In this document: positions 27,276 through 37,169 of the stretch, piece after piece
Layout of the letters: every line of letters begins with the position of its first letter
Numbering within the stretch: the first letter of the stretch is position 1
DNA from: a virus
IMG/VR virus record: IMGVR_UViG_3300047548_001136
Coordinates: 1-64,000 of that record
Length of the DNA stretch: 64,000 nt
Reading direction: 5' to 3' (one strand)
The notes under the pieces: model-generated
Databases searched by the model: none
The model's input: only the letters and a program-made list of their open reading frames with translations
Told to the model about the DNA's origin: nothing
Position numbers and translations under genes: made by a program

Positions 27276-28000
27276 GTTCAGCTGAAACACTAGCGTTGCT
27301 AGATATGCGAACTGACTTTATGGAAAGTTTAACTGTTATCGCAGATATGGGATGCGGTAAAGGTGCAGATGCCGCAGCATGGGCAGATAGAGTTGATCCA
27401 GACGGTAAATCTCGAAAACTTGTTGTGTTTGCAGTTGATAAGAAGATTCAAATAGACAATCATAACAGACGTCCAAACATTAAAATCGTTAAAGAAGATT
27501 ATTCAAACACTACTATAGCAAAAAGTAAAATTGATGTGCTGTGGTGTTACAACTCATTTCAATATGCAACAGATCCAGTTAAGACGTTGCGTCATTGGTG
27601 GGATATTATGAATGAAGATGGGCTGTTGTATATTGCAATACCACAAACTAATTATATTGATGATTTGTCTCGTTGGCAAATGATAAACCAAAGTGGATGT
27701 TTTTGGCCGCACAATATTGCTAGTTTAATTTATCTATTAGCTGCATGTGGGTTCGATTGTAAAGGCGGGCACTTTAAGCAAAGAAGACATGATCCAATGT
27801 TACATTTTTGTGCTTATAGGAGCGCAAATAAACCAATGAACTTAAGTGACGCAAATTTATACTTGCTTGATGAAATGGGTATGCTACCTGAGTCAATAAG
27901 TAACTGCGTAAAAAAGTATGGTGCAATTAGACACGAGTTTTTAATTTTGCCATGGCTTGATGGATCATTAAGTGATTTAGCTATTGAAAGTATACCATGA
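27272..28000 (+). CDS. class I SAM-dependent methyltransferase
   Basis: IADMGCGKG motif I; DVLWC..SFQY..DP..TL..W...M.EDG.L. Confidence 0.8.
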   Translation: MSSAETLALLDMRTDFMESLTVIADMGCGKGADAAAWADRVDPDGKSRKLVVFAVDKKIQIDNHNRRPNIKIVKEDYSNTTIAKSKIDVLWCYNSFQYATDPVKTLRHWWDIMNEDGLLYIAIPQTNYIDDLSRWQMINQSGCFWPHNIASLIYLLAACGFDCKGGHFKQRRHDPMLHFCAYRSANKPMNLSDANLYLLDEMGMLPESISNCVKKYGAIRHEFLILPWLDGSLSDLAIESIP

Positions 28001-28101
28001 TAAAGTTTTTTAAAAGATTGTATAACAAGATTAAAATTGAAATCATGTATCGTAAAAGATTAAAAGAGTTAAAAAAACGTGACCCGTTCATCTACGACTA
28101 A
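27997..28101 (+). CDS. small basic peptide, 34 aa (MIKFFKRLYNKIK...LKELKKRDPFIYD)
   Basis: ATGA overlap with upstream gene; fills the gap; absent from ORF track. Confidence 0.6.
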   Translation: MIKFFKRLYNKIKIEIMYRKRLKELKKRDPFIYD

Positions 28102-29575
28102 TTACCATCTTGGCATCAGTCAAGGATACCATGATGCGGGCTTAGCATACATAAGTCCCGATGGTAATATCTTACATGCATCACATAGCGAACGTTATAG
28201 TAAAAAGAAAAATGATCCAAATTTAAGCTATCAACAATTTGTTGATTGTGAGTTCACTGGGTTTGAAAATATTACAGTAAACTATTATGAACGACCTTGG
28301 CTTACAAATCTAAGGCGTTTACGTGCTGGCCAAAGTCCATCTAGCATAACCCCTGTAATTAACAAACTTAAATATTTTGATCTACCACGTAAGATGAATA
28401 AGTGGGGACATCATTTGTCACATGCAGCAGCCGCATTTCAAACAAGTCCGTTTGATCATAGCGCGGTTGTAATTGTAGATGCAATTGGAGAATGGGATAC
28501 CGTAAGTATTTGGTATGCACACTATGATGATAAAGGAGTTGCAAAATATCAACGATTATGGCGACGCAAATATCCTCATAGCTTAGGATTATTCTATACA
28601 GCAATGACCCGGCGTGTTGGATTGCGCCCAATGGAAGATGAGTACGTTCTTATGGGAATGGCTGCTTACGGACATTCACCAATGCTATATGATAGGATGC
28701 GTAAAGAGTTTGTAGACAGCATTGATGAATGTAGGTTCAAACAAAACTTTCATGCAGGTATTGATGGGCGTTGGGCAGATAACTATAAAGACGAACATAT
28801 TGCCGCTGCAACTCAACAGCTAACAGAAGAAATTCTTTATAGCATACATGAACGAGCACTTAACATAACAAGTGAAACAAATGTCTGTTACGGCGGCGGC
28901 GTTGCACTCAATTGTAAGTTTAATGCTAAGTTGCACGAACTTTGGAGTAACATTTGGATTTGTCCTAACCCAGGAGACTGTGGATCTGCACTTGGTGCAG
29001 CGGCATTAAGTTATGGGAAAAAGCTTAACTGGCAAAATGCTTATCTTGGACATATGATTCCTGGTGATTTATCAATTAAAGATGTTGTTGACACTTTATA
29101 TAAAGAAAAGATAGTTGGGATTGCTAACAGTTATGCAGAATGGGGACCAAGGGCACTTGGTAATCGTAGCTTACTTGCTAACCCAAGAGGTGAAAATATT
29201 AAAGATCGTGTTAACGACATTAAGAAACGCCAAAAGTATAGACCATTTGCGCCTGCTATATTAGAAGAACACGCTAAGGATTACTTTAACTTAAATTCAG
29301 CTTGCGATTATCGTTATATGCAATATGCAGTTAAAGCAAATGAGAATACGCAACTGTTTTATCCAGCTGTTTGTCACATTGATGGCACTGCTAGGGTTCA
29401 AGTTGTTCCAAAAGATAATAGCAACATGCGTAATATTCTTGAAGCATGGTATGCAAAGACAAAGTGTCCAATGCTACTAAACACTAGCTTAAACATACGC
29501 GGTGAACCAATGATAGATAGCAGGGTTGATGCACAGCGTTTTACAACAATGTATGGAGTTAAAGTTTTTAGTTAA
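28079..29575 (+). CDS. carbamoyltransferase, CmcH/NodU family
   Basis: LGIS.GYHDAG, HHLSHAAA, DAIGE, EY.LMG.AAYG, GGVALNC, GPRALGNRS, RPFAP, LLNTSLN.RGEP. Confidence 0.92.
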   Translation: MTRSSTTNYHLGISQGYHDAGLAYISPDGNILHASHSERYSKKKNDPNLSYQQFVDCEFTGFENITVNYYERPWLTNLRRLRAGQSPSSITPVINKLKYFDLPRKMNKWGHHLSHAAAAFQTSPFDHSAVVIVDAIGEWDTVSIWYAHYDDKGVAKYQRLWRRKYPHSLGLFYTAMTRRVGLRPMEDEYVLMGMAAYGHSPMLYDRMRKEFVDSIDECRFKQNFHAGIDGRWADNYKDEHIAAATQQLTEEILYSIHERALNITSETNVCYGGGVALNCKFNAKLHELWSNIWICPNPGDCGSALGAAALSYGKKLNWQNAYLGHMIPGDLSIKDVVDTLYKEKIVGIANSYAEWGPRALGNRSLLANPRGENIKDRVNDIKKRQKYRPFAPAILEEHAKDYFNLNSACDYRYMQYAVKANENTQLFYPAVCHIDGTARVQVVPKDNSNMRNILEAWYAKTKCPMLLNTSLNIRGEPMIDSRVDAQRFTTMYGVKVFS

Positions 29576-30362
29576 AAATAGGATTTCTAAAAACGTACTT
29601 TTCACCTGTTATTTCTTCTACTTTGTTCCTAAATTGTTTAGTTGCATCAATGCATTCATCATATGCATTATAATAAACAGTACCTTGATTTAGTAAATCG
29701 TCGCTGTATTTTGTTGCTATTTTTGGTCTATGCTTCATAGTGTAAAATTTGAGAGGTAAGTTATCTCCAATTATATATGTTTTCTTTTTAAGCAAAGTTG
29801 CCCAATATGCTACATGATAGCTGCTCGTAAAAATACATTTGTGATCTGCAATAGATTCAATTACTGTTTCAATATTGTTTGGTTTATTAAACATACGAGT
29901 ATGATTGCGACTGAATTCAATTGGTCTTTTCCAATGATCAACTACTAAGAATTTCTTTGTTGGTTTTTTATCTAAATTTTGTAAAATCGCAGGGTGTAAT
30001 ACACTTGGGCAAGGAACCCATGTTTGATTAGTTTCAATAAAATCTCTTGCTCCAAACAAATCAAATGTTGATTTAATTTCAGATTGCAATGTGTTTGTTA
30101 ATCCTACGCCCCAAGAGATTGTGTGTTTTGATTTAATTTTTAACAATATGTTATCAACTAAATCGATAAATTTTTTAGTTGAAAAAATAGCACCACCACC
30201 AATAATAATTGTGTCAACTTCCATCTCCGGGACATTTTCATCATACACATCAATCATTATACCGTTTTTATCAGTAGTTAGATAATGCATTGCACAACTG
30301 TATAGATCTCCGGGGTTTTGAAAATCTCTTCTAAACAGATAAGCGTATTTTAACTTTGACAT
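29568..30362 (-). CDS. polysaccharide pyruvyl-transferase-like (GT-B) protein
   Basis: N.GD, IIIGGGAI, WGVG, G.RD, VPCPS, TSSYH..YWATLL. Confidence 0.6.
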   Translation of the reverse strand: MSKLKYAYLFRRDFQNPGDLYSCAMHYLTTDKNGIMIDVYDENVPEMEVDTIIIGGGAIFSTKKFIDLVDNILLKIKSKHTISWGVGLTNTLQSEIKSTFDLFGARDFIETNQTWVPCPSVLHPAILQNLDKKPTKKFLVVDHWKRPIEFSRNHTRMFNKPNNIETVIESIADHKCIFTSSYHVAYWATLLKKKTYIIGDNLPLKFYTMKHRPKIATKYSDDLLNQGTVYYNAYDECIDATKQFRNKVEEITGEKYVFRNPIFN

Positions 30363-31219
30363 AGTTGTTCTCTTAACATAAGCCAAACTTGTGACAGTTC
30401 TTCTTCTAACCATTCTTTATGACATAATTCAATTAACCATTGATCTCTATCCGGCATTAATAAGTTTTCTATCAAAGAAATTTCTTTATTAGATACATCG
30501 TAAGCTAAACTTTCTTGGCTAACAATTGCTGGAGTTCCTTCAATAATAGAACTTAAACCGCTGTTGCTACTATGACTTATTGTACAGTGGCAGTGAGCGA
30601 GCAATGGTTCCAAATCAAAACTATCATATGTTTGTTGTATGTGTTTAGGTACGTTCCATTCTACTTGATAATTTTTATAAAAATCAGTGTCGATGTTAAA
30701 AAATATGTTCTCTCTGTAACGCGGATGGCTACGTATTACAATTGGTCTTTGCGTGTATTTTCTTATTTCTAACACAGTTCTTTTATAGTATTCATTCATT
30801 GGTGGCATATTGCGCCACTGTTCACTTTTTCCATGCTGCCCGCATATTAAAACATATTCGCCATTGTGCCAAGGTTTAAGGTTTATATTCAACTTTTTTG
30901 GGCGATCATTATCAAATTTTTTTATTGCAGGAAAGATTGCACTGCGAGTAATCCCATTTACAGATAATCGCCATGTTTGATTTCGTATTAGCCCGCCCAC
31001 TTCTATAACTATTACGGGTTTATTTTTTCCTCTATAATGATTCCAAACATTGTGATTGCGGCTCATCTTACCGTTCCACAAAACACTCCATATTAATGCG
31101 GCATCTGCATCATACGTGCCTTCAACAATTTGATCAGTTTTGCTCATATAAGATGTTAAATCTTGATACAAGTTAATACCATTGCCGGGAACTTGACTAG
31201 GCCAAACACTAATTTTCAT
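30350..31219 (-). CDS. GT-B fold glycosyltransferase-like protein (capsule-biosynthesis-like), paralog 1
   Basis: LKPW, VLICGQ, IRKYT.RPIVIR.HPR, SHSSNSGL.SII.G.P; similar to the next two genes. Confidence 0.65.
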   Translation of the reverse strand: MKISVWPSQVPGNGINLYQDLTSYMSKTDQIVEGTYDADAALIWSVLWNGKMSRNHNVWNHYRGKNKPVIVIEVGGLIRNQTWRLSVNGITRSAIFPAIKKFDNDRPKKLNINLKPWHNGEYVLICGQHGKSEQWRNMPPMNEYYKRTVLEIRKYTQRPIVIRSHPRYRENIFFNIDTDFYKNYQVEWNVPKHIQQTYDSFDLEPLLAHCHCTISHSSNSGLSSIIEGTPAIVSQESLAYDVSNKEISLIENLLMPDRDQWLIELCHKEWLEEELSQVWLMLREQLCQS

Positions 31220-31231
31220 ATATATAATTAT

Positions 31232-32005
31232 ATGAATTATTATTATCCAGAAATTGGCAGTCAAAGCAAGGCAACTTGGGTGCTCGATTCCTTAGTATCT
31301 GCAGATACTAACGCGACTATTATTCGAGATAATACAGTAAACAATGGACCTGGTGTATTTTGGGGGTTAGTTAAAAATAATTACAATTTAATTAAAGAAC
31401 ATCAAGCAAAAAACGTTCCCTATTACTTTACAGATATGCCTTATTGGGGAAGATGGATGGGCAATAATAGAAGCGAGTGCTATTGGAGAGTTATCCCAAA
31501 TAATCTGCACTGTAGTTGGGTTGAAGATTATCCTTCAGATAGATTTAACAAATTAAATGTTAATGTAAAAGAATGGCGTACAAAAGGTGATCATATTTTA
31601 GTTTGTCCAAGTAGTGTTACAATGTCTAGATTTTATAATAGATCAAACTGGTTAAATGAAACACTTGTTGAGCTAAGAAAGTATACAGATCGTCCAATTA
31701 AAATTAGAAATAAACCACGCGATAATAAAACAAGTGGACCAAGAGCAGCAACTATTCCTTTTGAGGATGATGTTAAAGATGCTTGGGCAGTAGTTACTTT
31801 AGCGAGTATTGCAGGTGTAGAAGCAGCATGTTTAGGTATCCCTGTTTTTGCGGATGTAAATAGCCCTTGCAGTCAATTAGGAAATTTGGATTTATCATTG
31901 ATTGAAAACCCAAAATTAGTTGATAGAAAAAAATGGTTAAATACGTTATCTTATTATCAATATACCGAAGAAGAACTTAAAAAAGGTATGGGTGTATTTA
32001 AATGA
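31232..32005 (+). CDS. GT-B fold glycosyltransferase-like protein, paralog 2
   Basis: KEW, ILVCPSS, LRKYTDRPIKIR.KP, VVT..S.AGVEA..LGIPVF, WL..L.Y.QY..EE. Confidence 0.65.
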   Translation: MNYYYPEIGSQSKATWVLDSLVSADTNATIIRDNTVNNGPGVFWGLVKNNYNLIKEHQAKNVPYYFTDMPYWGRWMGNNRSECYWRVIPNNLHCSWVEDYPSDRFNKLNVNVKEWRTKGDHILVCPSSVTMSRFYNRSNWLNETLVELRKYTDRPIKIRNKPRDNKTSGPRAATIPFEDDVKDAWAVVTLASIAGVEAACLGIPVFADVNSPCSQLGNLDLSLIENPKLVDRKKWLNTLSYYQYTEEELKKGMGVFK

Positions 32006-32859
32006 TTTTGTTTTATTTGAATAATCAAAGTAAACATTATTCTAGAATTGTACGAAACTTGTATAGAAGTTATACAGGTGAAAAGCAAATACAATCAACT
32101 CAAAGATTTGCAATAAACAGAGAGTTGAATGATCGTGCTGATATAATTGTATTCGCAGGCATGTTAAGGGGTGACGGGTTAATATATCAATATTGTAAGG
32201 AAAACAATAAGAACTTTATCTATATTGATCATGCTTATATAGATAGAGGTTATAATGCAGGAAATTCTAACGGAGAGTGGATGAGATTAACTTACAACGC
32301 ATTTACTTGGTCTAAGAATTTGCCTGAAAGCAATGATCGTTGGCAAACGTACTTTGGTAGAAAGTATCAATTAAAACCGTGGAATAGTCACGGCGGTAAT
32401 AAAATTTTAGTTTTACCACCTAGTGAAGCAACAAAGTTTTTATTTCCTGAAAGCGTAGAATGGACTGAAAAAGCTATCGAGGAAATTAAAAAGTATACAT
32501 CAGATAAAATACACATACGAGAAAAACCAGATCAACCGGTTTCAGATCCTATAACTAATCAAGTGATAGATAGAAAAAAATTTATTCATGAGAAAACAAT
32601 AGAGCAGGATATGATGGAAGCAAAGTTAATTGTAACTTTTAACAGTGCTGTCCCTGTGCTTGGAACAATACAAGGTATACCATGCTATTGTTCCTCACAT
32701 GCAGCCGCATATCCAATGAATATCGATCTAAGTAATATTCATAAACCTCCAGAACCAAAACGTCAAGAATGGTTAAATCAGTTAGTGTATCATCAATACA
32801 ATACTGCTGAAATGAAAAATGGAGAATTTTGGAAACTAATTCAAAAGTATTATGTATAA
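32002..32859 (+). CDS. GT-B fold glycosyltransferase-like protein, paralog 3
   Basis: LKPW, ILVLPPS, IKKYT...I.IREKP, VTFNS....G...GIPCY, WL..L.Y.QY...EM. Confidence 0.65.
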   Translation: MILFYLNNQSKHYSRIVRNLYRSYTGEKQIQSTQRFAINRELNDRADIIVFAGMLRGDGLIYQYCKENNKNFIYIDHAYIDRGYNAGNSNGEWMRLTYNAFTWSKNLPESNDRWQTYFGRKYQLKPWNSHGGNKILVLPPSEATKFLFPESVEWTEKAIEEIKKYTSDKIHIREKPDQPVSDPITNQVIDRKKFIHEKTIEQDMMEAKLIVTFNSAVPVLGTIQGIPCYCSSHAAAYPMNIDLSNIHKPPEPKRQEWLNQLVYHQYNTAEMKNGEFWKLIQKYYV

Positions 32860-33497
32860 AACTTTAGCAGGTAATCATGTTTGGATTTACCTAATAGCCT
32901 ATACCCAAGCTTTTGTAAAAATTCTACAGCTTGTATGTTGCCGTTTTCGCATTCTACAATTAACCCAGGTTTACTCCTCATTAAAGTTTCAACTCCGCCT
33001 TTGAATGCAAGAAGCTCTGCACCTTGAATATCAATTTTAATAAAAGTTGGGCTTAAGTTAAATGAATCAAGCGTTGCACAATCAACTATATGAGGAACAG
33101 TTAAACTTCCAACAGAAAACATTGTAGCTGATCCAGTGTTAGAGTTTGACGGAGTTGTATATAAAGTAATGTTACCTGGAGTATCGCTTAGCGCAGTATT
33201 ATGAAGTTTAACATTAGTTAAATCTTGTGTGTTAGCAACTAAGCATTCGTAATTAGCAGGCATTGGTTCAAAACAATCAATTGTTTTAGCACCAATTTTA
33301 TTAAACCAACGTGTCCATAAACCAACATTAGCGCCAATATCTAATACATGACTAAAGTCAAATAAATGAGAGTGGTTCAGTATGAATTTTTTTATGTTAA
33401 TTTGATATTCAGGATTGATGCCAAGCATCATTATAAAATGTTCTTCGCAGTCTGGAAAATTCCAAATTTGTCCGTCTGAGCTTTGATATTGTTTCAT
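32850..33497 (-). CDS. FkbM-family methyltransferase
   Basis: VLDIGANVG, FEPMP.N, ALSD, TLDS, FIKIDIQGAE. Confidence 0.9.
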   Translation of the reverse strand: MKQYQSSDGQIWNFPDCEEHFIMMLGINPEYQINIKKFILNHSHLFDFSHVLDIGANVGLWTRWFNKIGAKTIDCFEPMPANYECLVANTQDLTNVKLHNTALSDTPGNITLYTTPSNSNTGSATMFSVGSLTVPHIVDCATLDSFNLSPTFIKIDIQGAELLAFKGGVETLMRSKPGLIVECENGNIQAVEFLQKLGYRLLGKSKHDYLLKFYT

Positions 33498-34270
33498 TTC
33501 CACCAACCTATGCTATCACTTTTAATTAGTCGTTCAGTTTTTTTACTGCGACCAGTTTGTTTTCTTGGACCCTTCATGTGATCCATATATTCACCTAATA
33601 CACAATTAATAAAAGGATGCCCAGCTACAAAATTTGGTGTAATGTTTTGATTTACCATCCCCTTTGCTTCATATTCTTTTCGAGCTACGTCAAATACATA
33701 GCTATCATGCCATTCTGTTAAATTAAAGATAGTGTCTTTTCTATAGTAATCTACAAAAGTTTCCCAAAAATCTTTCATTAACGGATGATTTGTATGATAC
33801 ACTACCCAACCGCATTCACTATATTGTTTTATTCTTCCTAAGTAGGCAATGCCAAATTTGTTTGGGAAATTATCTAAAAGAAAACTTTCAGGAACTTTTC
33901 TATGTGTAATAGTATCAGCATCTACCCATACTATGCTTTTTCCTAGATTAGTTTGCACTGCATCATATAACGAAAATACTTTATGACTAAATCTTACTGC
34001 ATCAAACAGAAAATTTTTCTTATCATCTTTGTATCCGTTAGCAACAGGATTATTTGCATGTCTTGTTTTAAAGTTTACTAAATCTTGATTTAGTAGCAAA
34101 TCTTTTACAATGATGCGAGGATTAATAAGTGAATTATCTAACTTACAGTTTTCAGTATAAACTATGATTTGTTGATTACTAGGCCAATATTTTAAAAATG
34201 CTTCAAGCATTTTTTTACCATAAAGATTGTAGCCATCTAAATTAAATGTAGTTACTAACAAATAAGACAT
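33494..34270 (-). CDS. GT-A glycosyltransferase-like protein
   Basis: VTTF, DAVRFSHKV, WVDAD (DxD), EWHDSYVFD, DHMKG.RK. Confidence 0.75.
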   Translation of the reverse strand: MSYLLVTTFNLDGYNLYGKKMLEAFLKYWPSNQQIIVYTENCKLDNSLINPRIIVKDLLLNQDLVNFKTRHANNPVANGYKDDKKNFLFDAVRFSHKVFSLYDAVQTNLGKSIVWVDADTITHRKVPESFLLDNFPNKFGIAYLGRIKQYSECGWVVYHTNHPLMKDFWETFVDYYRKDTIFNLTEWHDSYVFDVARKEYEAKGMVNQNITPNFVAGHPFINCVLGEYMDHMKGPRKQTGRSKKTERLIKSDSIGWWK

Positions 34271-34959
34271 TACCAACTCTTTATAAAATCTGCTCTTTCG
34301 TCATACCATTCTTGACTATATTCACAATTTTCATAACCTGGCATAAATGGCATGCCAAGCGTATAATGTATTAAACTTGGTTTGCCATGTTGTTCTTCAT
34401 TATAGTGTCCTACTAGGTAATTCCACTCAATTGGTAAACTTCCAATTTCTTCGTCGTCGAGCCATTGGAAACGATGCAGGTAACTCATCTCCTGCTTGTT
34501 CATAAATTCAGGATATAGGAAATCTTTATTTTTACGATGACCACAATTGAATAGCATACAGCTACTCCAGTTTTTGCGTGGATAAGCATGTTGCACTTGC
34601 CCATCCATTTTTGCTACGCCATCTTGCACATTGTATTCGTGCTTAACAACTTGCACAGCATAACGTTCATCTGCTAGATCAAATAGCTTGTTTACGTCTT
34701 GACGTGCTAAGAAATCACAGTCAATGAATACTGCCCAACCTTCGTAACCATTTAAGTATGGAACTAAGAAACGAGTAAAAGTAAACTGAGTGCTAGCTTT
34801 TGGATCATCCAGTCGAGTTACTAATCCTTTAGATTTTAGTTCATCTAACTTAAGTGGTAATACTTCGATGTCGTTGCTTAAACGATGAATGCTATGCTTA
34901 CATACTTGATAAGCAATATCCTCTCTAGGATCCCATCCAATATAAACTCGTCTTTTCAT
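34270..34959 (-). CDS. GT8-like glycosyltransferase
   Basis: YIGWDPRE, STQFTFTRFLVP, FIDCDFL, YPRKNWSS.ML, EWN.LVG, HYT.G.P. Confidence 0.85.
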   Translation of the reverse strand: MKRRVYIGWDPREDIAYQVCKHSIHRLSNDIEVLPLKLDELKSKGLVTRLDDPKASTQFTFTRFLVPYLNGYEGWAVFIDCDFLARQDVNKLFDLADERYAVQVVKHEYNVQDGVAKMDGQVQHAYPRKNWSSCMLFNCGHRKNKDFLYPEFMNKQEMSYLHRFQWLDDEEIGSLPIEWNYLVGHYNEEQHGKPSLIHYTLGMPFMPGYENCEYSQEWYDERADFIKSW

Positions 34960-35020
34960 TATTAAATTCCCCAAACAATTAAAATATAGTATTATTTATA
35001 GTACTTTTAAGGAACGAACT

Positions 35021-36187
35021 ATGAATTATTCGCTTGCATCCAATACGTGGGATGAACAAGAAGTAGAAGCAATTAAAAGTGTAATTGCGTCTGAACGATA
35101 CACTATGGGACCTCACGTAAAGAAATTTGAAGAGCAATTTGCTGAGGTAATGGGTGCAAAACATGCAGTAATGGTAAACTCTGGGTCAAGTGCAAATTTA
35201 CTAGGTATTGCAGCACTTGTACTAGATCCACAAAATAATATACAGCCAGGTGATGAAGTAATTGTTCCAGCAGTTAGTTGGAGCACAACATATTTCCCAG
35301 TTACACAGTACGGGTTAAAGCTGATGTTTGTGGACATTGATAAAGAAACACTTAATATCAATGTTGATGAAATTGAGCAAGCAATTACTCCACGCACTAA
35401 AGCTATATTTGCAGTGAATTTGCTGGGTAATAGTTGCGAGTATGACAAGCTAATAGACATTTGTAACAAGCATAATCTGTTATTGCTCGAAGATAATTGC
35501 GGTGCACTAGGTGCAAGCTATAATGGTAAGATGCTAGGCACTATTGGTAAAGTTGGGACATTTAGTTTCTTCTTTAGCCATCATATCCAAACAATGGAAG
35601 GCGGCATGATCTTAACTAACGATCAGCGCACAGAGCAATACTTGCGTAGCTTAAGAGCACACGGTTGGATTAGAGATTTACCAGACGATAATTGCATTTA
35701 CAACAAAACAGGAAACCTATTTGAAGATGCGTTTAAGTTTGTGTTGCCAGGATACAATGTTCGTCCACTTGAAATGAGCGGTGCAATTGGGTGTGTGCAG
35801 CTAACAAAGATGAACAAGATGATTGAGACACGTAGAAAAAATTATACATACTTGAGTAGACTTTTCCTATCAAACCCAAATGTAATGCTACAAAAAGAAG
35901 TTGGTAATGCAAGTTGGTTTGGTTTTAGTTTGTTACTACAAAACAAACTTGAAGGTCGTAGAAAAGAAGTAATTGCTAAGTTACAAGAAGCGGGCATTGA
36001 ATCAAGACCAATCTCAGGTGGAAACTTTATTAACAATCCTGTTGCAAAGTATTTGAACTACGAAGTGCGTAGCAAGTTAACAAATGCAAATTATGTAGAT
36101 GATAACGGATTTTTTGTTGGTAATGATTGCAGAGATTTAAAAGACAATTTAGTTCTGCTACAAACAGCTATTGAAGGCGTAAAATGA
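35021..36187 (+). CDS. colD: DegT/DnrJ PLP enzyme, ColD-like GDP-4-keto-6-deoxymannose 3-dehydratase
   Basis: VNSGSSANL, PAVSWSTT, EDNC, FFFSHHIQTMEGG (His where aminotransferases have the Schiff-base Lys), LRAHGW.R, PGYNVRPLEM; next to gmd. Confidence 0.75.
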   Translation: MNYSLASNTWDEQEVEAIKSVIASERYTMGPHVKKFEEQFAEVMGAKHAVMVNSGSSANLLGIAALVLDPQNNIQPGDEVIVPAVSWSTTYFPVTQYGLKLMFVDIDKETLNINVDEIEQAITPRTKAIFAVNLLGNSCEYDKLIDICNKHNLLLLEDNCGALGASYNGKMLGTIGKVGTFSFFFSHHIQTMEGGMILTNDQRTEQYLRSLRAHGWIRDLPDDNCIYNKTGNLFEDAFKFVLPGYNVRPLEMSGAIGCVQLTKMNKMIETRRKNYTYLSRLFLSNPNVMLQKEVGNASWFGFSLLLQNKLEGRRKEVIAKLQEAGIESRPISGGNFINNPVAKYLNYEVRSKLTNANYVDDNGFFVGNDCRDLKDNLVLLQTAIEGVK

Positions 36188-37161
36188 AAGCAGCATTAAT
36201 AACAGGATTTGCAGGTCAAGACGCATGTTATCTTGCTGACATGTTGTTAGCTAAAGGTTACAAAGTATATGGCACTGTAAATGCTGCTGTTGATATGGAC
36301 AATGTGCATTACCTTGATCTGTTTAATAAAGGACTTGCAATTATCCAATGTGATATAACTGATTTATCGAGTGTTATTAACGCTGTTACAGAAACTAACC
36401 CAAACGAGTTTTACAACCTTGCAGCACAAAGTTCACCTGCACAATCTTGGAAATCAAAACATATTACCGCACTTACGAATGGTATTGGAACGTTAAACTG
36501 CCTAGAAGCCATTAAGCTGGTTGATCCAACTATACGATTTTTTCAAGCAGCAACGGCTGAGATATTTGGTGATTCACACGTTAACGGATATCAAACAGAA
36601 ACAACCCCGTGTATTCCGCGTAATCCTTACGGAACATCAAAGTTGTTTGCTTACAATACAGTAAGCAACTATAGAGATTATCATAAGATGTTTGCCTGCA
36701 ATGGCATTTTGTATAATCACGAATCTCCGTTACGTGGTGAAAACTTTGTAACACGCAAAATTACACTTGGTGTAGCAAAGATTGTTTTAGGTAAACAAAA
36801 GAAGATTACACTTGGTGATCTAAATGCAGAGCGTGATTGGGGGTTTGCAGGTGATTATGTTGAAGCAATGTGGCTAATGCTCCAAGCAAAGACACCAAAT
36901 GATTACATTATTGCAACAGGTATAAAGCATACAATTGCTGATCTATGCAGGGAAGCGTTTAAAGTTGTAGGTATACTTGATTGGGAAAAGTATGTTGAAA
37001 CTGATCCGCAGTTCCAACGTGGAGTAGAGGCAAGAACTAAAGCCGACCCTTCTAAGATATTAAATGACTTAAATTGGAAAGCTAATACTAGCTTTGAACG
37101 ATTAATTGAAATTATGGTGATGGCTGATATAAAAAGGTTTTCGCTCAACGAGCGTAAATAA
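36184..37161 (+). CDS. gmd: GDP-mannose 4,6-dehydratase
   Basis: ALITGFAGQD, YNLAAQS, PRNPYGTSK, NGILYNHESPLRGENFVTRKI, RDWG.A.DYVEAMW. Confidence 0.9.
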   Translation: MKAALITGFAGQDACYLADMLLAKGYKVYGTVNAAVDMDNVHYLDLFNKGLAIIQCDITDLSSVINAVTETNPNEFYNLAAQSSPAQSWKSKHITALTNGIGTLNCLEAIKLVDPTIRFFQAATAEIFGDSHVNGYQTETTPCIPRNPYGTSKLFAYNTVSNYRDYHKMFACNGILYNHESPLRGENFVTRKITLGVAKIVLGKQKKITLGDLNAERDWGFAGDYVEAMWLMLQAKTPNDYIIATGIKHTIADLCREAFKVVGILDWEKYVETDPQFQRGVEARTKADPSKILNDLNWKANTSFERLIEIMVMADIKRFSLNERK

Positions 37162-37169
37162 TTTATTAA

